DNA of 64,000 nt from Candidatus Binatia bacterium (GTDB taxonomy: Bacteria > Desulfobacterota > Binatia > HRBIN30): the NCBI GenBank assembly GCA_038245295.1, contig JBBRSP010000007.1, forward strand, positions 155,185 to 219,184, written 5' to 3'. Both the position numbers and the translations under genes were made by a program. The notes below the pieces were generated by a model. That model was given only the letters and a program-made list of their open reading frames with translations, was not told the DNA's origin and did not search any database. Below, one piece after another: positions 26,535 through 36,072 of the stretch; positions within the stretch are counted from its first letter, which is position 1, and each line of letters begins with the position of its first letter.

Positions 26535-27293
26535 ATGAGTGAATCCGTCGCGATCCGTCAGCTGCGCCCGGTGCAGCGCCAAGCCCTCTCCGATGCCGTC
26601 TACGAACAGTTGCGGCATCAGATCGTCAGCGGCGAACTGGCTGCCGGTGATCCGCTACCGGCCGAGCGACTCCTCTGCGAAGCCTTGGGGGTGAACCGCG
26701 GCTCGGTGCGCGAAGCGCTGCGCCGCCTGCAACAGGCACGCCTTGTCGATGTGCGTCATGGCGGGACATCGCGTGTTCTCGACTACCGTCAGTCGGCCGG
26801 TCTCGATTTTCTGGCGAGCTTGCTGCTCACCGCAACCGGGGACTTCGATCCCGACGTCGTCCGCAGTGTCATGGAGATGCGTTCGGCGCTTGCACCCGAT
26901 ATCGCGCGCCTGGCGGCGCTTCGCGGTCGCGACGTCGCCGCGAAACTGCACTCCCTGGTCGAAGCGATGGGGAACGCCCACGACGACGCGGCGCAGCTGC
27001 AGACACTGGCCGCCGAGTTCTGGTCGCGTCTCGTCGATGCCGCCGACAACGTTGCCTATCGGCTCGCCTACAACTCCTTGCTGGAAACCTACGAGCGCTG
27101 CCGACAGCTACTGGTTCAGGTCCTGGGCGACGAGCTGCGCGACCAGGCAAGCTACGCGGCGATTACCAAAGCCGTCGCCAGTGGTGACGCGGCGGCGGCC
27201 GAGGCACGAGCGCGCGAGTTGGTGCGCCGCGGCGAGAGCGGGATCAATCGTGTACTCGGTCAAATCAAGCCAGCGCGGAGGACGCGAACATGA
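26535..27293 (+). CDS. GntR-family transcriptional regulator (FadR/FCD subfamily)
   Basis: N-terminal wHTH (VYEQLRHQIVSGELAAGDPLPAERLLCEALGVNRGSVREAL) and a C-terminal all-helical FCD domain. Confidence 0.8.
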   Translation: MSESVAIRQLRPVQRQALSDAVYEQLRHQIVSGELAAGDPLPAERLLCEALGVNRGSVREALRRLQQARLVDVRHGGTSRVLDYRQSAGLDFLASLLLTATGDFDPDVVRSVMEMRSALAPDIARLAALRGRDVAAKLHSLVEAMGNAHDDAAQLQTLAAEFWSRLVDAADNVAYRLAYNSLLETYERCRQLLVQVLGDELRDQASYAAITKAVASGDAAAAEARARELVRRGESGINRVLGQIKPARRTRT

Positions 27294-27988
27294 GCAGTCT
27301 GACAGCTACCGTCCGTGATCAGCCAGCAATGCCGGGGCTCGCCGCATCCGACAGCCCGCGCACAATGGGCCAAGCATTACCGGTTTTTCTCCGCCACGGC
27401 AGCCCGCGTATCTTGCTCGTGCTGTGCGCCGCAAGCCTGATCTGGCGTGCCAAACTCGGGGGCTTCTCGTGGTGGGACATCCTTCCGGTGGTTGGCATTC
27501 TGGCCATCTGGCCGATCCAGGAGTGGATGATTCATGTGTTCATCCTGCACTTCAAACCGATCCGACTCGGGCGCCGGACGATCGACTTTCGCGTGCCGAA
27601 GAAACACCGGGAGCACCACAGCGATCCGTGGAACTACGATATCCTCTTCATCCCGATGCAGTCGTTTCTCTACAGCGTCCCGCTGGTGGCGGCAGTGTGG
27701 TACGCGGTGATGCCGACCACCGAGCTGGCGTGGACCGGGATCACGGCACACCTGCTTCTTTCTCTCCACTACGAGTGGATCCACTACATGGTGCACACGC
27801 GTTACACGCCGACGACGCGCTACTACCAGCGCCTCTGGAAGAACCATCGCCTGCACCACTTCAAGAACGAGAAGTTCTGGTACGGCGTCACCCGCTTGGA
27901 AGGCGACTGGCTGCTGCGCACCCAGCCGGCGGCGAAAGAGGTTCCCCTGTCGCCAACCGCGAAGTCACTGCTTGGCCAGGCGGCCTGA
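27290..27988 (+). CDS. Fatty acid hydroxylase/sterol desaturase superfamily membrane protein
   Basis: Histidine boxes HVFILH, HREHH, HYMVH and HRLHH, plus TM segments. A 4-nt overlap with the GntR gene. Confidence 0.7.
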   Translation: MSSLTATVRDQPAMPGLAASDSPRTMGQALPVFLRHGSPRILLVLCAASLIWRAKLGGFSWWDILPVVGILAIWPIQEWMIHVFILHFKPIRLGRRTIDFRVPKKHREHHSDPWNYDILFIPMQSFLYSVPLVAAVWYAVMPTTELAWTGITAHLLLSLHYEWIHYMVHTRYTPTTRYYQRLWKNHRLHHFKNEKFWYGVTRLEGDWLLRTQPAAKEVPLSPTAKSLLGQAA

Positions 27989-28550
27989 TCAGCGTCGGAT
28001 GTTCGCTTCGATCCACACGGCGAAGGCCTGCATGAACTTCTGCAGGTATGCCGTCGTGCCTTCATTGGTGATCTTTCCGGCGTCGTCGAAGAGCTTCGCC
28101 GCGTTACCGATGTAGGCCTCGGGCTTGCTGCAGCGTCGGCACGTTCAGAAAGACAAGCGACTGTCGCAGCACCTGGTTGGCGCCGAATCCACCCATCGCG
28201 CCAGGCGAGACACTCATCACCGCACCCGGCTTACCGTCCCAGGCGCTCTGGCCGTAAGGCCGCGAGGCAACGTCGATGGCATTTTTCAGCACACCCGGGA
28301 TCGATCGATTGTATTCAGGAGTGACGAACAGAACCGCGTCGGCAGCCTTCACCTGTTGCTTGAAGACTACCCAGGCCGGCGGCGGGGACTCATCGAGGTC
28401 TTGGTTGTACAGTGTCAACTGGTCGATCTCGACGATCTCGAGTTTCAACGAACTCGGCGCCAACTCCGCCAGAGCTTTGGCCATCTTACGGTTGAACGAC
28501 TCCTTGCGGAGGCTGCCGACGATTACGGCAACGTTGCGGGTTGTACTCAT
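27989..28550 (-). pseudogene. NAD(P)H-dependent FMN reductase gene interrupted by a +1 frameshift (extra base near 28121-28127)
   Basis: Frame A (28104..28550) encodes MSTTRNVAVIVGSLRKESFNRKMAKAL...NVPTLQQ, then stops after ARGLHR. Frame B (27989..28126) continues in family-typical sequence SKPEAYIGNAAKLFDDAGKITNEGTTAYLQKFMQAFAVWIEANIRR*. Confidence 0.6.
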
Positions 28551-28595
28551 CGGCGCATCTTTCCAATCGTTACCGAGTGCGTCAACCGTCTAACC

Positions 28596-28797
28596 AATCC
28601 TAATGTGACAATCTCATTCTTAACCGCAGAGGCGCAGGGCCGCAGAGAGCGCCGCCAAAAGCGCGTACCGAACGGGCAAAGTAAACATCATTCAAAATGA
28701 ACTGATCAGGTGCGGACACCGCAGGGCATTCACACGCAGGGGCTCTGCGCGCTCTGCCCCTCTGCGGTGAGGTCTTTTGTCACATTGGAGTTAATTG
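28596..28797. repeat. MITE-like imperfect inverted repeat with arms of about 60 nt (TAATGTGACAA...CCGCAGAGG...GCAGAGAGCGCC versus its reverse complement) around a spacer of about 75 nt, in the gap between the FMN-reductase start and the EamA stop
   Basis: Hand alignment of the arms gives about 45 of 60 matches, including exact TGTGACAA/TTGTCACA and CCGCAGAGG/CCTCTGCGG blocks. Confidence 0.4.
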
Positions 28798-28805
28798 CCT
28801 CGCCA

Positions 28806-29666
28806 TCACGCCTCGCGGCGGTTGGCGAGCAACGCCGCACCGGTTAGCGCCAGAAGCATGGAGACCGGCCGCACAAAGCCGAAGCGGCCGCTGCCAATGA
28901 GCGGCTCCCCGAAGACCATGGCGCCGCCGGCGATCGGAACAATGTTGGAAATCACCGAGAAGATTGGCACAACCACCACTCCGCGACCGCCCTGCAACGT
29001 CGCTTGCATGGCAGCAAACCCGGCCGCATTGGTCAGCAGCGTCGTCCACAGGGGCCCGGCCAGAGCCTCCGCAAATGAGTCGACCGCCGATAGCTGCTTG
29101 GCGAACAAACCGGCGAGGCCCAGCAACACACCCGCCGCAACGGCCCAGCCGATCTCGCGGCGCGGGCGGCGGTCACCCCAGACCGCGAATACCGAGATTC
29201 CGATCGATAACACGGAGAAGAAGGTGATCGACAGTCCGGCGGCCGGAGCGGACGCGTGTTCCTCGAGGGTTGATCCAAGCAGCACTAGACCAATGGTTAC
29301 GGCGACAACGCCAACCCATTCGACCCCACGCAACCGCTCGCCCAGCCCGATTACGGCCATCAGCACAAAGACGGCGATGCCACCATCCATCGCCGTGTGG
29401 ACGATGGAGAGCGGCGCCCAACGCAGCGCGAGGATGTAAACACCATAGGCGAATGTCTGCAGCGCAACACCGAAGACCCACCAGCGATTACGCGCAAACG
29501 CGGCCCAGGCTTTGGCGCTCAGCCCGCCTCGGATCGGCGGCAAGCCCTCCGCCTCGCGCTTCATGTAGTACAAGCCCACCGACATCGTGGTGCTCGCGAA
29601 GATCGAGAGAAGAACCGAAAGAAGCATCGTAGAAATGCGAAACGCCCTGTTGCCAGGGCGTTTCAC
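28806..29666 (-). CDS. EamA/DMT-family transporter
   Basis: 286 aa, about 10 TM segments and a duplicated EamA-like architecture. Confidence 0.75.
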   Translation of the reverse strand: MKRPGNRAFRISTMLLSVLLSIFASTTMSVGLYYMKREAEGLPPIRGGLSAKAWAAFARNRWWVFGVALQTFAYGVYILALRWAPLSIVHTAMDGGIAVFVLMAVIGLGERLRGVEWVGVVAVTIGLVLLGSTLEEHASAPAAGLSITFFSVLSIGISVFAVWGDRRPRREIGWAVAAGVLLGLAGLFAKQLSAVDSFAEALAGPLWTTLLTNAAGFAAMQATLQGGRGVVVVPIFSVISNIVPIAGGAMVFGEPLIGSGRFGFVRPVSMLLALTGAALLANRREA

Positions 29667-29698
29667 GTATCAGGGTGGGTTACCGGTATAAGTCGCGC

Positions 29699-31147
29699 CT
29701 ACACGGCTCCCGGCGTCGCCGGGGTGCGCGATGAGTTGCGCCGCTTGCGCATCGTCGTCAGAAACTCGCCGGCTTCGCGCATCAAGCGCTTGCGCTCGTC
29801 GGAGCTGCCGATCATCTTCTTGGCCGCCTTTATGAAGTACTTCGGACGGAAGTAGTACGAGCGGTAGACACGTTCGACCGCGTCGAAAATTTCCTGCGAT
29901 GACAGGCCGGGGTAGCTGACGGTGCACTTTTGGTAGCCGGCTTCGTCATTGTAGACGTCCTGCACCAGGAAGCCGTTCTCTTTGACGTAGTTGTAGAAAT
30001 GCGTGCCCGGGTATGGCGAAGCCAGCGAAACCTGCAGAGTTTCCGGGTTCATTTCACGCGCGAACTTGATCGTCTCGTTGATGGTTTCCATCGTCTCGCC
30101 CGGCAGACCGACGATGAACGTGCCATGGATCAGGATGCCGATCTCGTGGCAGTCCTTGGTGAAGCGGCGGGCGCGTTCGACACTCACACCCTTCTTGATG
30201 TTCTTGAGGATCTCTTCGTTACCCGACTCGTAACCGACGACGAAAAGGCGCAAGCCGCCGTCCTTCATCGATTTCAACGTCTCACGATCGACGTTGGCTC
30301 GGGCGTTGGTCGACCAACAGAGGTTCTGCGTCTTGAACAAGTCGGCTAGCTGGCGGGCTCGCAGGGGGTCGGCCGTGAACGTGTCGTCGTCGAAGAAGAT
30401 CTCTTTCATCTTCGGGAAACGCCGCGGCATCTCCTTCACTTCCTCGAAAACATTCTCAGGGCTCCGCGTGCGATACGAATGCCCCGTGGTCACCTGTGGC
30501 CACAGGCAGAACGTGCAACGCGCCGGACAACCGCGGCCGGTGTAAAGTGAAACGTACGGATATTGGCAGTAGGGACTGTTGTACTTGAGATAGTCGAGAT
30601 CGCGTTCGTAGATCTGCGTCACGAACGGCAGCGCATCGAGTTGCTCACGCGTCATCGGTGCCGAATCTGGATTGTGCGTGATGACGCCGTTCTTGCGGTA
30701 GCTTAGACCTGGGATCGAGGCCCAGTCCTTGCCGGCAGCAAGGTCGACCAGCGCGTGATCGAACTCTTTGCGGGCGATGACATCGATCGCGTCGCCGAAG
30801 TCGAGCGATTCCTGCGGCTGCGCCGTGACGTGGCCGCCGACAAACGCAATCGTCGCCTTGGGATTCAGATCCTTGATCATCCGCGCCGTGCGCACATCGA
30901 GTTTGAACGATGGCGTGCTGGTGTGCAGGACCACGAAATCATACTTCGAAGCCGTAGAGACCACCTCGGCCTGCTTCAGGTGCTCCGGCGGCGCGTCGAG
31001 CAAACGCGCCCCTTCGATCATTCCAGCCGGATAAGCGAGCCAGGTGGGATACCAGAACGACCAGACTTCACGCGTCGCCTGGTAGCGGGAACCCGCTCCA
31101 CCATCAAAATCGTCGTAGGAGGGCGGATTAAGAAGGATAGTCTTCAT
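29699..31147 (-). CDS. hpnJ: B12-binding-domain radical SAM protein, HpnJ-like (hopanoid-biosynthesis-associated)
   Basis: 482 aa. The N-terminus LNPPSYDDFDGGAGSRYQATREVWSFWYPTWLA is characteristic of HpnJ. A CxxxCxxC motif follows (GRGCPARCTFCLWPQ). The family assignment comes from memory of the TIGR03471 signature. Confidence 0.7.
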   Translation of the reverse strand: MKTILLNPPSYDDFDGGAGSRYQATREVWSFWYPTWLAYPAGMIEGARLLDAPPEHLKQAEVVSTASKYDFVVLHTSTPSFKLDVRTARMIKDLNPKATIAFVGGHVTAQPQESLDFGDAIDVIARKEFDHALVDLAAGKDWASIPGLSYRKNGVITHNPDSAPMTREQLDALPFVTQIYERDLDYLKYNSPYCQYPYVSLYTGRGCPARCTFCLWPQVTTGHSYRTRSPENVFEEVKEMPRRFPKMKEIFFDDDTFTADPLRARQLADLFKTQNLCWSTNARANVDRETLKSMKDGGLRLFVVGYESGNEEILKNIKKGVSVERARRFTKDCHEIGILIHGTFIVGLPGETMETINETIKFAREMNPETLQVSLASPYPGTHFYNYVKENGFLVQDVYNDEAGYQKCTVSYPGLSSQEIFDAVERVYRSYYFRPKYFIKAAKKMIGSSDERKRLMREAGEFLTTMRKRRNSSRTPATPGAV

Positions 31148-31353
31148 GAGAATATTTCCCCTCGAGTGCGGCGGACACTAACCGAGCACTCAGGGTCAAT
31201 CAAGACAAGAAAGGTCTAGATTGAACCCGTCGGTAGGCATCAGACGGTAGACGGCGATTCGTCGGCGGGGATGGGATACGACCCTCGTGCCTGCGCCATC
31301 CGGGGCGTCGATGAACAACCGTCTACCCTCTGCGACCTACCGTGGGGAAGGCA

Positions 31354-31668
31354 TCAGTGCATCGTTGCATGGCAACAGCGAGTGCAGAGATGATTGGTTC
31401 CGGTATCGTGAACAATGGTCAGATGAACACCGCAAGCCGAGCAGTGATCGTCAACACCCGGCTGAGGGTGGAACGCGCGCCAATGATGGCTGCCAAGGGT
31501 TACATCGACCCAGCTCTCGTGCCGCGCCCGGTTGGTGATGTGCTCAAACACCATCTGCCAATCGTAGTCGGTATGGATCGACATCACCAACCCGCCATGC
31601 GGGGTCCTTAGCCTCACGTTCTGGTTCGTCTTCATGGTGCCGTGTGACGTGTGCAACTCAGGTGCCAT
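31354..31668 (-). CDS. Hypothetical Cys/His-rich small protein (104 aa) inside an otherwise gene-free interval of about 700 bp
   Basis: GC3 is about 70% (lower than neighbouring genes). C-terminal HCSACGVH...HLCTRCCH metal-binding-like pattern. No convincing Shine-Dalgarno. Confidence 0.25.
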   Translation of the reverse strand: MAPELHTSHGTMKTNQNVRLRTPHGGLVMSIHTDYDWQMVFEHITNRARHESWVDVTLGSHHWRAFHPQPGVDDHCSACGVHLTIVHDTGTNHLCTRCCHATMH

Positions 31669-31798
31669 TCATGTCCGACGTGTCAAAGGCCCCAACCTCC
31701 GGCACAAGCGTCGCGCTGGCGGACCACCTGTGCTGCTCAGACTACAGACACTGCCCCGGTGGCAGGCGGCGCTTCAGGAGGCGAGAGTCTAGACAACG

Positions 31799-31834
31799 TG
31801 CCGCGTAGGACGGGCAATGCCAGCCCTACGCGGC
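31799..31834 (-). terminator. Candidate terminator hairpin (GCCGCGTAGG-N14-CCTACGCGGC) immediately 3' of the aldehyde dehydrogenase gene
   Basis: Perfect 10-bp inverted repeat 15-50 nt downstream of the stop at 31849. Confidence 0.4.
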
Positions 31835-31848
31835 GTCGTTTCACACAT

Positions 31849-33252
31849 CTACTTCTTCACGTTGATGACCTGGATTGCCGTGAACTCGTTGTAGCCCCAG
31901 CGGCCGTTCTCGTAGCCGATTCCACTCCACTTTGAGCCGCCGAACGGCGTGTACGGCGTGAGGTCCAGATGATGGTTGACCCACCCCGTACCGGAGTCGA
32001 GCTCCTGCACCAGCTCAGCTCCCTTCTGGGGGTCCGATGTCCATACGGAAGCGCCCAGCCCGAAATGTGTGCGATTGGCCTGGGCGACGGCGTCTTCGAC
32101 CTTGCTGTAGCGAATCATCGGCAACGCCATGCCGAACTGCTCCTCGTCGACCAGACGCATGCCTTCTTCCGCCCCACTGACGATCGTCGGCGGGTAAAAA
32201 TACCCCGAGCCCTCGAGACGCACGCCGCCCGAATCGACACTGGCACCGGCCTTACGAGCATCGTCGACCAGCTCCATGACTTTATTGAGCTGCATCGAGT
32301 TGTTCATCGGTCCGAGCTGAGTCTCGGGGTCGCTACCCGGCCCGACCCGCACCGACTTGGCACGCGCCACAAGGGCAGCTCGGATGGGTTCGTAAACGCT
32401 ATCGTGAACATACAAGCGCTTGATCGCCGCGCAGACTTGCCCCGAGTTCTGAAACGCGCCCCAGAACAGACCTTCGGCGACGGCTTCCGGGTTCACATCG
32501 GGCAAGACGATCGCCGGATCATTGCCGCCGAGCTCGAGGGTGACGCGCTTCAAGTCATCCGCCGCGGCGTGCATGATGCGTTTGCCCGTCGCCACACTGC
32601 CGGTGAAGGAGATCTTACGCGGCGTCGGATGGGCCGTCATCAGACCACCCAGCTCGTTGCCGCCCGGCACGATGTTGATAACGCCCTTGGGCAAGACATC
32701 CTTCAAGATGTCGAACAGCAGTAGCGACGACAGCGGCGTGTAGGGCGATGGCTTGGCAACGATGGTGTTGCCGGCGAGCAGGGCCGGAGCCAGCTTCCAA
32801 CACATGAGGATGACCGGGAAGTTCCACGGCGTGATGGCCGCCACGACCCCGAGAGGCTTGCGGATAATGGTGATCTTCTTCTCGCTGTCGTCCTGCAGGA
32901 CTTCCGGTTCGAGCTGCAGCGACGCGAAGTAGCTGAACCAGATCGACGCCCCGAAGACTTCAGCCATCGCCGCCGTGATCGGCTTGCCCTGCTCCAAACT
33001 CAGCAAGGCAGCCAGATCTTGCACACGTCCCTGGATCGCCATGGCGCATTCGCCCAGCTTGGCGCGCCGGAGATTCTCGTCTTTGCGCCATTCGCCGAAC
33101 GCCGCGTTGGCCGCCAGCATGGCTTGGTCGACATGTTCCTTGGTGGCACGAGCGCAGGTCGCAAACGGCTCGCCCTTGGCGGGGTCGATGACCGGATCCT
33201 GCTCCGTCGTGTTTATCAACTCACCATTGATCAACATCGGGTAAGACTGCAT
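31849..33252 (-). CDS. NAD(P)+-dependent aldehyde dehydrogenase
   Basis: 467 aa from MQSYPMLINGE. ALDH signatures ELGGNDP (Glu active site) and QVCAAIKRLYV (Cys active site). AAGGAG Shine-Dalgarno. Start confirmed at 33250-33252. Confidence 0.85.
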   Translation of the reverse strand: MQSYPMLINGELINTTEQDPVIDPAKGEPFATCARATKEHVDQAMLAANAAFGEWRKDENLRRAKLGECAMAIQGRVQDLAALLSLEQGKPITAAMAEVFGASIWFSYFASLQLEPEVLQDDSEKKITIIRKPLGVVAAITPWNFPVILMCWKLAPALLAGNTIVAKPSPYTPLSSLLLFDILKDVLPKGVINIVPGGNELGGLMTAHPTPRKISFTGSVATGKRIMHAAADDLKRVTLELGGNDPAIVLPDVNPEAVAEGLFWGAFQNSGQVCAAIKRLYVHDSVYEPIRAALVARAKSVRVGPGSDPETQLGPMNNSMQLNKVMELVDDARKAGASVDSGGVRLEGSGYFYPPTIVSGAEEGMRLVDEEQFGMALPMIRYSKVEDAVAQANRTHFGLGASVWTSDPQKGAELVQELDSGTGWVNHHLDLTPYTPFGGSKWSGIGYENGRWGYNEFTAIQVINVKK

Positions 33253-33389
33253 GGCTGTCTCCTTCTTTTGCGTGACGGATTCTTCGATAGGGGCGGGCGA
33301 CGACATAGCGGTTCGCGAACGCCGAGGAAACAACCAGCCCGCTCGCGCTGGCGCCGCTGGTTGCGGGTCCATTTGAAACCCGAAGCGGC

Positions 33390-33645
33390 GAGGATGCGTC
33401 ATTCCGGCGAACGAGACTGTCGTAAAACCAAAGTGGAGCAACGTCATCCCGGTGAAAACCGGGATCTCCCCTGCTGGAAGCCTCGAAAGCTGGCGAGATA
33501 CCGGCTTTCGCCGGTATCTCGGAGGTGGTTGCGCAGTTTCAAACGAAGAATCAGAGAAAATCGGCACACTCGAAAGCCGGAATCTCGCCGGCCTTCCCAG
33601 GCTCCACTTGAGGAGATCCCGGCTTTCGCCGGGATGACGTCGCCT
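33390..33645. repeat. Cluster of four or five related GC-rich stem-loops (unit GAGAT[ACT]CCGG(C)-tetraloop-(G)CCGG[GT]ATCTC, with TTTC/GAAA-type loops) in the 573-bp divergent region between the ALDH and thioredoxin-domain genes
   Basis: Copies at 33446-33469, 33495-33520 (perfect 11-bp stem), 33573-33590 and 33612-33639. The outer copies are mutually inverted about 28-mers. Confidence 0.5.
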
Positions 33646-33825
33646 ACCCCCTCGAAATCAAACGGACCCCACTACCGCTCCGCTGCTCCCCTTTGCCGCC
33701 CATCACAGGAAATGGTACACCCCCGGACTTTGCAGACCGTCGGCGGCCACGAGAAGGGACATTGAGCGAATGAGGCGATCAACGCGGCTTTCGTTGCGCT
33801 TGGCGATCATTTCCCCGAGCTGATC

Positions 33826-36072
33826 ATGCGTCTGGGCCGGCTCATCGTCGTCGCAATCGCCGCCTGCGCCCTGCGAGGCACGGTGGCCGCCGCACCGACG
33901 CCGGCCATTCAACTCCCTGGTGCGGCGCCGTTTGACGCTGCCTTCCAATCACAACTCCGCGAAGCCTGGAAGAAATCGCCTGTCTACAAGTCCGACAGCT
34001 CCCCAAAGTTCATCAACCGGTTGATCTTCGCCTCGAGCCCCTACCTGCAGCAACACTCCCTCAACCCCGTAAATTGGTATCCGTGGGGCGACGAGGCCTT
34101 TGCCGCCGCCAAGCGCGATAACAAGCCTGTCTTCCTGTCGATCGGTTACGCCACCTGCCATTGGTGCCACGTCATGGAAGAGGAGAGCTTTAAAAATCCG
34201 CAGATCGCCCGCCTCCTCAACGAGGGGTTCATCTCAATCAAAGTCGACCGCGAGGAGCGCCCCGATATCGATGCCCTCTATATCGCCGCCGTGGAAAAGC
34301 TGACCGGCGGCGGGGGCTGGCCGCTCAACGTCTTCCTCGATCCCGAACGTCAACCGTTCTATGGCGGCACCTACTTCCCACCCAGCGACCGCGGCGGCCG
34401 GCCCGGCCTGCCGAAGGTCCTGCAACAGATCAGCGAGACGTGGAAGTCCGGCCCCGACACGGCGCGCAGCGCGGCCGTATCACTCCTCAAAACCCTCGCC
34501 CCTCAGCCGGCGAGCCCGACCGAGCTGAGCGAGGCAACACTCGCCAAGGCGGCGGCAGATTTCGGCCGCGCCTTCGATGCAACCAACGGTGGCTTCGGCC
34601 GAAGTACCAAGTTTCCGCAACCGCACACCCTCGTGTTCCTGCTGCGGTACGGTGCCCGAGCCAAGGATGCGCAAGCCACCCAGATGGCCGAAACCACGCT
34701 CAATCATATGGCAGCCGGCGCCATCCACGACATTCTGGGCGGTGGCTTCCATCGTTACTCCGTAACCCCCGACTGGACCCAGCCACACTACGAAAAGATG
34801 CTCTACGATCAGGCCGGCATCGCGCGCGCCTACCTCGAAGCATCGCAAGCCCTGCGGCCGCAGTATGGCGAGGTGAGCCGCTTCATCTTTGAGTATGTCC
34901 TACGCGACCTGCATTCGCCGGAGGGCGCCTTCTTCACGGCGGAGGATGCCGACAGCGAAGGCGAAGAGGGACGCTTCTATCTCTGGACCAGGGCGCAGGT
35001 CATCAAAGCGCTCGGACAAAACAACGGGGCGCTTGTGGCCGACTTCTACAGCCTCACCGAAACGCCGCGGCCACTGGTGATGACCGGGTCGCAGGCGACA
35101 TTTGTTGAGACGCACAAGATTGGCAGCAAAGAGTTCGAGAAGGTCATCAACGAGGCGCGTCAGGCGTTGTTGGCGGTGCGTAACCAGCGACCGCGACCGC
35201 GCCGCGACGACAAGATCATCACCGCCTGGAACGGCTTGATGATCGCCGACCTGGCGCGTGCCGGCGCCATGGAGAGTGCTCCGGATCTCGGCGCGGCGGC
35301 GGCGAAGGCGGCCGATTTTCTCCTGCGACAGTCACAACGCAACGGCCGGCTGATGCGCAGCTGGCGCAACGGCGTCCTCGGTGTGCCCGGATTTCTCGAT
35401 GACTATGCATTTCTCATCTCGGGTCTGCTCGAGCTCTACGAATCGACCTTCGACCCACGCTGGTTGCGCGAGGCGACGCGGCTGTCGAACGACATGCTGC
35501 GTTTGTTCGCCGACCCTTCAAATGGCAGCCTGCGTTATCGCGCCAGCGACCACGAGGCCTTGGTGGCAACCACGGAGTCACTCGACGATGCGGCGCTGCC
35601 GGCGGCTCAATCGGTTGCCGCCGACGTGCTGTTGCGGCTCGGACGCATGACCACCAATGCCGAGTACGAAAAGGTTGGCCATGCGTTGCTGGCTGCCAAC
35701 TCCGCCGACGTGGCGCGATCCCCCACCGCCTATGCGGCGCTGCTGCAAGCGCTGATGTTTGCGCTCGGCCCGTCGAAGGAGATCGTCATCATCGGGCCGC
35801 GCGACAGCAAGGATACGCAGATCCTCATCGCCATCGCGCACGTCGCCTACTTACCGAATGCCGTCCTCTTGCAGAGCTCTCCGGGCGACACCGAGATCAC
35901 CAAGCTGGCCCCGTTTGTCGCCAAGCAGCCGATGCTCGACGGCAAGGCGACGGCTTACGTGTGCGAGAACTATGTGTGCAAGCGCCCGACGAACGACCCG
36001 AAACAGTTCGCCATTTCGCTCGGCGTCCTCAACGCGGCAGCACCGCCGCCGACTCCGGCTGCAGCTCGGTAA
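33826..36072 (+). CDS. Thioredoxin-domain-containing protein, YyaL/DUF255 family (N-terminal thioredoxin-like, C-terminal six-hairpin glycosidase-like), with signal peptide
   Basis: Motif [22 protein letters not shown], then [25 protein letters not shown]. Signal peptide [22 protein letters not shown]. Confidence 0.8.
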   Translation: MRLGRLIVVAIAACALRGTVAAAPTPAIQLPGAAPFDAAFQSQLREAWKKSPVYKSDSSPKFINRLIFASSPYLQQHSLNPVNWYPWGDEAFAAAKRDNKPVFLSIGYATCHWCHVMEEESFKNPQIARLLNEGFISIKVDREERPDIDALYIAAVEKLTGGGGWPLNVFLDPERQPFYGGTYFPPSDRGGRPGLPKVLQQISETWKSGPDTARSAAVSLLKTLAPQPASPTELSEATLAKAAADFGRAFDATNGGFGRSTKFPQPHTLVFLLRYGARAKDAQATQMAETTLNHMAAGAIHDILGGGFHRYSVTPDWTQPHYEKMLYDQAGIARAYLEASQALRPQYGEVSRFIFEYVLRDLHSPEGAFFTAEDADSEGEEGRFYLWTRAQVIKALGQNNGALVADFYSLTETPRPLVMTGSQATFVETHKIGSKEFEKVINEARQALLAVRNQRPRPRRDDKIITAWNGLMIADLARAGAMESAPDLGAAAAKAADFLLRQSQRNGRLMRSWRNGVLGVPGFLDDYAFLISGLLELYESTFDPRWLREATRLSNDMLRLFADPSNGSLRYRASDHEALVATTESLDDAALPAAQSVAADVLLRLGRMTTNAEYEKVGHALLAANSADVARSPTAYAALLQALMFALGPSKEIVIIGPRDSKDTQILIAIAHVAYLPNAVLLQSSPGDTEITKLAPFVAKQPMLDGKATAYVCENYVCKRPTNDPKQFAISLGVLNAAAPPPTPAAAR

